NCBI GenBank assembly: GCA_963798845.1
Contig: CAWCUS010000001.1
Span: forward strand, 192,001 to 256,000
Direction of reading: 5' to 3'
Length of the DNA stretch: 64,000 nucleotides
Source: an uncultured Gemmatimonadales bacterium
GTDB taxonomy: Bacteria > Gemmatimonadota > Gemmatimonadetes > Longimicrobiales > RSA9
The notes under the pieces are model-generated. The model had not been told where the DNA came from and made no database searches. It worked only from the letters and a program-made list of their open reading frames with translations. Position numbers and translations under genes: made by a program. This document shows, in pieces, positions 59,998 to 64,000 of the stretch. Numbering within the stretch: position 1 is the first letter of the stretch; the number at the start of each line of letters is the position of its first letter.

Positions 59998-60469
59998 TCA
60001 TCGGACTTCGGCCTGCGTCACCGTGCCCACGTGCCGGAAGTCCAGATCTCGCCGGACCGGCACCGTCACGGAAACCGTGCCACTCACGCGATAATCGAAC
60101 GCACCCCGGTCGAGCAGGGCGCGTGCGGCCTGGCTCATGCCTTTGTAGGTGAAATTCACCGGCACCGCCACCTCGACGGTGTCGCCGGCGGGCACAGCCA
60201 GGTCGCGATCGATCTGCCCGTCCGTAAAGGGCGACCAGCTTTTCGTGTCCGGCGCCTGGAGCTCGAGCTTGTAGCGCACGCCGTCCGCTTTCAGATCGAA
60301 ATCGTTGGGGTTGTAGATCCCGAGCTGCACGTTCATGATGCCGCCGTTCAGCCCCAGCGACGACAACTGCACTCCGGCCAGCCAGAATGCGGGGCTGCTG
60401 AACCTTCGGCACACACGCACCGAGCATGACCAGCAGCGCGGCCGCCGTGGCCCTGGACCCCACCCGCAA
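59998..60469 (-). pseudogene. LEA type 2 (WHy) lipoprotein split by a +1 frameshift at about 60386 (possibly a sequencing error)
   Basis: GGAGG SD before TTG; lipobox LGAC. VPKVQQPRI joins WLAGVQLSSLGL...YNPNDFDL if one T is removed from ATT-C-TGG. Confidence 0.75.
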
Positions 60470-60479
60470 CCGTTTCCTC

Positions 60480-61928
60480 CTACCCTTCACGATCGCCTCC
60501 GGTCTCGTTCGACTCCACCCGCAGCTTCGCCCACCACGCGAGCCGCTCCGCGATGCGTTTCTCGTGCCCGAACCCGCTCGGCTCGTAGAAGCGCGTTCCC
60601 CGGAGACGCTCGGGCAGGTACTCCTGTGGAATGTAGTGGTCTTCCGATTCGAAGGCGTAGCGATAGTCCTCGCCGTAGCCCAGCTCCTTCATCAGTCCCG
60701 TGGGCGCGTTCCGGATGTGCAGCGGCACCGGCTCGGCCGGCGTATCCCTCGCCGCCGACCGCGCGGCGCCGAACGCGCTGTAGAGCCGGTTCGATTTCGG
60801 CGAAGTGGCCAGGTACACCGCGGCTTCCGCCAGTGCCAGGTCGCCCTCCGGCGACCCGAGCATCTGGTACGCGTCCCTCGCCGCGATGGCGACGCTCAGC
60901 GCCTGCGGGTCCGACAGGCCGACGTCCTCCATGGCCATCCGGATCAGCCGCCGCGCGGCGTATAGCGGGTCTTCGCCGCCTTCCAGCAGCCGTGCCAGCC
61001 AGTACAGTGCGCCGTCCGGGTCGCTCCCCCGCACCGCCTTGTGCAGCGCAGAAATGATGTTGTAGTGCTCCTCGCCTCCCTTGTCATAGCGGGCGACGCG
61101 CTGCTGGAGCGCCTCCTTCGCCCGTCCGGCATCGATCCGCCCGCCCTCGCCCGCCAGCGTGGCCGCCGTCTCGAGGGCGTTGAGGGCGCGACGGGCATCC
61201 CCGTCGGCCTGGACGGCGATGAGGCCGATGGCGGCGTCGTCCACGTCCAGGCCGCGGGCGCCCAGGCCCCGCTCCTGATCGGCGAGCGCGCGACGCAGGA
61301 TCTCCTCCAGCTCCCCCTCGCCGAGCGGCTGCAGCACGAACACGCGCGCCCGGCTGAGCAGCGCACCGATCACCTCGAACGACGGGTTCTCCGTGGTGGC
61401 GCCGATCAGGGAGATGGTGCCCGCCTCGACGTGGGGGAGGAAGGCGTCTTGTTGCGCCTTGTTGAAGCGGTGGATCTCGTCGCAGAACAGGATCGTGCGA
61501 CGCCCCATCCCGCGCAGCCGGGCGTCCGCCTGCTTCATGATCTCCCGAACCCGCGGCACGCCCTCGGTGACCGCGCTGAACGAGACGAAGGTGGAGTTGG
61601 TGCGCTCGGCGATGATGCGCGCGATCGTGGTCTTCCCCGTCCCGGGAGGCCCCCAGAGGATCAGGCTGCCGACCTCGTCCTTCTCGATCAGCTCCCGCAG
61701 CGCCCGCCCCTGGCCGAGCACGGATTCCTGGCCGACGAACTCGTCCAGGGTGCGCGGCCGCATGCGCGCTGCGAGCGGCGCGGCGGCTTCCACCCCCTCG
61801 GCCGACGACCCGGTCACCCCGGCTTGCGCGTCCCCGGACCGCTCCGCCCCGTTCCCGGCGTCCCGACTCTCGCCCGGGGACGGGCCCTCTGCGTTCTTCC
61901 TTCCGCCGAACAGGTCCAGCTCACTCAT
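60480..61928 (-). CDS. rarA: Replication-associated recombination protein A (MgsA/RarA)
   Basis: PLAARMRP, WGPPGTGKTT, DEIHRFNKAQQD, ATTENPSF, SALHKAVRGSD, VPLHIRNAPT. Confidence 0.96.
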   Translation of the reverse strand: MSELDLFGGRKNAEGPSPGESRDAGNGAERSGDAQAGVTGSSAEGVEAAAPLAARMRPRTLDEFVGQESVLGQGRALRELIEKDEVGSLILWGPPGTGKTTIARIIAERTNSTFVSFSAVTEGVPRVREIMKQADARLRGMGRRTILFCDEIHRFNKAQQDAFLPHVEAGTISLIGATTENPSFEVIGALLSRARVFVLQPLGEGELEEILRRALADQERGLGARGLDVDDAAIGLIAVQADGDARRALNALETAATLAGEGGRIDAGRAKEALQQRVARYDKGGEEHYNIISALHKAVRGSDPDGALYWLARLLEGGEDPLYAARRLIRMAMEDVGLSDPQALSVAIAARDAYQMLGSPEGDLALAEAAVYLATSPKSNRLYSAFGAARSAARDTPAEPVPLHIRNAPTGLMKELGYGEDYRYAFESEDHYIPQEYLPERLRGTRFYEPSGFGHEKRIAERLAWWAKLRVESNETGGDREG

Positions 61929-63258
61929 CCAGCCACTCCTGCCGGACGAGCTCCAGGAGCGCGTCCTTCCGGTTCAGCGCGGGCTCGTCCGTCACGCGCT
62001 CCAGCAGCGCCTCGAGAACTTCACCGAAAAGCGGCCCCGGCTGGAGCCCGAGCCCCTTGAGATCCGCTCCGCCAATGGCCAGGTCCGTGGTGGCGAGGGC
62101 GGGCCGCTGGGCCAGCACGTCGCGCACCTTGTGCCACCGCTCGAGCAGATCATCCGGTCGGCCACCGTCCGGATGCCGCGCACGCCACAGCGCGAAGCGG
62201 AGGCGGAAGAGGTCGCGCCAGAGATCGGCCCCGACGTCGCGCAGCCACCGTCGCACTCCGGCGTCGGGCGCATCCGGGGGGAAGAGGTCCGGGTGGTGAC
62301 GCACCAGGCGCGTCACCCGGGCAGTGTCCGCGTTGGACGACTTGAGCCGGCGCATGACGTCCTCCGCCTTGCGCCCGCCCAGCACCTCGTGACCCGTGTA
62401 GCGCCAGCCGCCGCGCAGGTCGCGGGTGCGCGCCGGCGGCATCCCGATGGCGTGCAGCAGCGCCGCGAGCCGGAGCGCGGTCCGCCCCGTCGCAACGGCA
62501 TCGACGGCCCGGAGGGTGACCGTCCACAGGTCGTCGCGGTCCGCCACGGGCGGTTCGCCCGGGAGCGCCGCGAGCTCCGGGTAGAGCGCGCCGAGGGCGC
62601 CCGACTCGCGGTAAAGATCCAGGGCGACGGACGCCCGGCGCGCCTGTGAGAGCACCTTGACCAGCTCCTCCCTCACCCGCTCGGCCGACAGCCCGCGGAG
62701 GTGCGGCACGGCTTCCCGGATGGCCTCCCACGTCCCCGGCGCGACGGTGAGCTCGAACTGTCCTGCGAAACGGAGCGCACGCAGGACCCGAAGGTAGTCC
62801 TCGGCGAAACGCTCGCCGGGGTCGCCCACGGTTCGGAGGCGCCCCAGCTCCAGGTCGCGACGCCCGTCGAACGGGTCGAGCAGCTCGCCCGTGCTCGGCC
62901 GCCACGCCACGGCGTTGATGGTGAAGTCCCGTCGGGAGAGGTCTTCCTGGATGGTGTCGGCGAACTCGACCACGGCGTGCCGGCCGAATGTCTCCACATC
63001 ACGGCGGAACGTGGTGACCTCGTACAGCTGTCCCCCGTCGAGAACGCCGACGGTGCCGTGATCGAGGCCCACGGGGACGGTGCGGCGAAAGAGCCTCGTG
63101 ACGTCGGTAGGGCGGGCGCGCGTCGCCAGGTCCCAGTCCCCGGCGGGGCGTCCGGCTACGCTGTCGCGGACGGCGCCGCCCACGGCCCACGTCTCGAACC
63201 CTTCCTCCTCGAGGCGCTTCGCGATCCGGCGGACCGCCTCCGGCGGGCGGAGGTCCAT
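61921..63258 (-). CDS. cca: Class II CCA tRNA nucleotidyltransferase
   Basis: VGGAVRD, DWDLAT, EVTTFR, RRDFTINA, EDYLRVLRALRF. Confidence 0.9.
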   Translation of the reverse strand: MDLRPPEAVRRIAKRLEEEGFETWAVGGAVRDSVAGRPAGDWDLATRARPTDVTRLFRRTVPVGLDHGTVGVLDGGQLYEVTTFRRDVETFGRHAVVEFADTIQEDLSRRDFTINAVAWRPSTGELLDPFDGRRDLELGRLRTVGDPGERFAEDYLRVLRALRFAGQFELTVAPGTWEAIREAVPHLRGLSAERVREELVKVLSQARRASVALDLYRESGALGALYPELAALPGEPPVADRDDLWTVTLRAVDAVATGRTALRLAALLHAIGMPPARTRDLRGGWRYTGHEVLGGRKAEDVMRRLKSSNADTARVTRLVRHHPDLFPPDAPDAGVRRWLRDVGADLWRDLFRLRFALWRARHPDGGRPDDLLERWHKVRDVLAQRPALATTDLAIGGADLKGLGLQPGPLFGEVLEALLERVTDEPALNRKDALLELVRQEWLDE

Positions 63259-63266
63259 CGCCTCGC

Positions 63267-64000
63267 TCAGCCGCAGAGTACGGATCCGCCGTTCACGTTC
63301 ATGACCTCGCCGGTGATGTGACGGGCGAGGCCGGAGCAGAGGAACACGATCGGGCCGGCGACGTCGTCCGCCGACGCCACCCGGCCCAGCGGGATCGTCC
63401 GCTCGATCCGCTGCCGGCCGCCATCCGAGTAGGAGTAGGCGGCCATCTCCGTGTCGATCCACCCGGGCGCCACGCAGTTCACGGTGATGTCCCGCGGCGC
63501 CAGCTCCACGGCCACCCCCTTCACCAGCGAGATGAGCGCGCCCTTCGTGGCAGCGTAGTCCCCGTGGTTCGCCTCCCCGCGCTGACCGGCGGTGGAGCCC
63601 ACGAGGACGACCCGTCCGCCGTCACCCATGATCCGCGCCGCACCGCGGACGCTGTAGAACACCGAATCCAGGTTCACGGCCAGCGTACGGCGCCACTGGT
63701 CGTCAGACATGGATGCGATCGGCACTTCGGCCACCGGCCAGATGCCCGCGTTGGCCACGAGAATGTCGAGCCCGCCGAATTCCGCTTCCACTTTCCGGAA
63801 CAGCTCGTCCACCGCCGCCGGGGCAGCGAGATCGAGCCCGTCGGCGAACCCGCGCCGGCCCGCGCTCCGGACCTCCGCCACCACCCCGGCAGCGTCCGCC
63901 TCCCGCTCGCGGTAGGTGATGGCCACGTCGGCGCCCGCGCGCGCCAGCATCCGCGCGACCGCCGCGCCCACGCCGCGGGAGCCGCCGGTCACAAGCGCGC
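63267..64000 (-). CDS. SDR family oxidoreductase (FabG-like), start beyond the right window edge
   Basis: TGGSRGVG, ANAGI, YAATK, NCVAPGWIDT. Confidence 0.93.
   Translation of the reverse strand, partial: ALVTGGSRGVGAAVARMLARAGADVAITYREREADAAGVVAEVRSAGRRGFADGLDLAAPAAVDELFRKVEAEFGGLDILVANAGIWPVAEVPIASMSDDQWRRTLAVNLDSVFYSVRGAARIMGDGGRVVLVGSTAGQRGEANHGDYAATKGALISLVKGVAVELAPRDITVNCVAPGWIDTEMAAYSYSDGGRQRIERTIPLGRVASADDVAGPIVFLCSGLARHITGEVMNVNGGSVLCG

Overview
High-GC bacterial chromosomal segment, most likely Gemmatimonadota (inferred from gene content and order, not from a search). It is about 64 mostly housekeeping genes. Left part: two TolC/MFP export systems (one with a MacAB-like ABC set), degP, a very large orphan sensor kinase, bshB1 and iscS-mnmA. 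Middle: grpE-dnaJ, cinA-pgsA, mglB-mglA, recR-ybaB-dnaX, SRP RNA, aroF, smc, rsfS, rpsF-rpsR-DUF2232-rplI, ychF, hppA and prs-rplY-pth. Right part: tRNA-Gln(UUG) flanked by accessory genes (LytTR/LytS pair, GGDEF protein, GT4 + GH133 pair, ADOP permease), then ispE, pdxJ, hflX, rarA, cca and an SDR. I saw no CRISPR array, transposase, integrase or prophage. The most notable signal is spread across the window. Two +1 frameshifts and five substitutions at normally conserved residues all fall in one context, CATC->CATT (GATG->AATG). This looks like the footprint of an unidentified CATC/GATG DNA modification, through basecalling error or real deamination. Other leads: an SMC with a truncated hinge, a likely ATA start for hflX, sigma-54-type promoters before degP, grpE-dnaJ and GT4-GH133, several leaderless-type promoters, a truncated outer-membrane-protein remnant, and a 16-nt match between the tRNA-Gln T-arm and the tolC start region.
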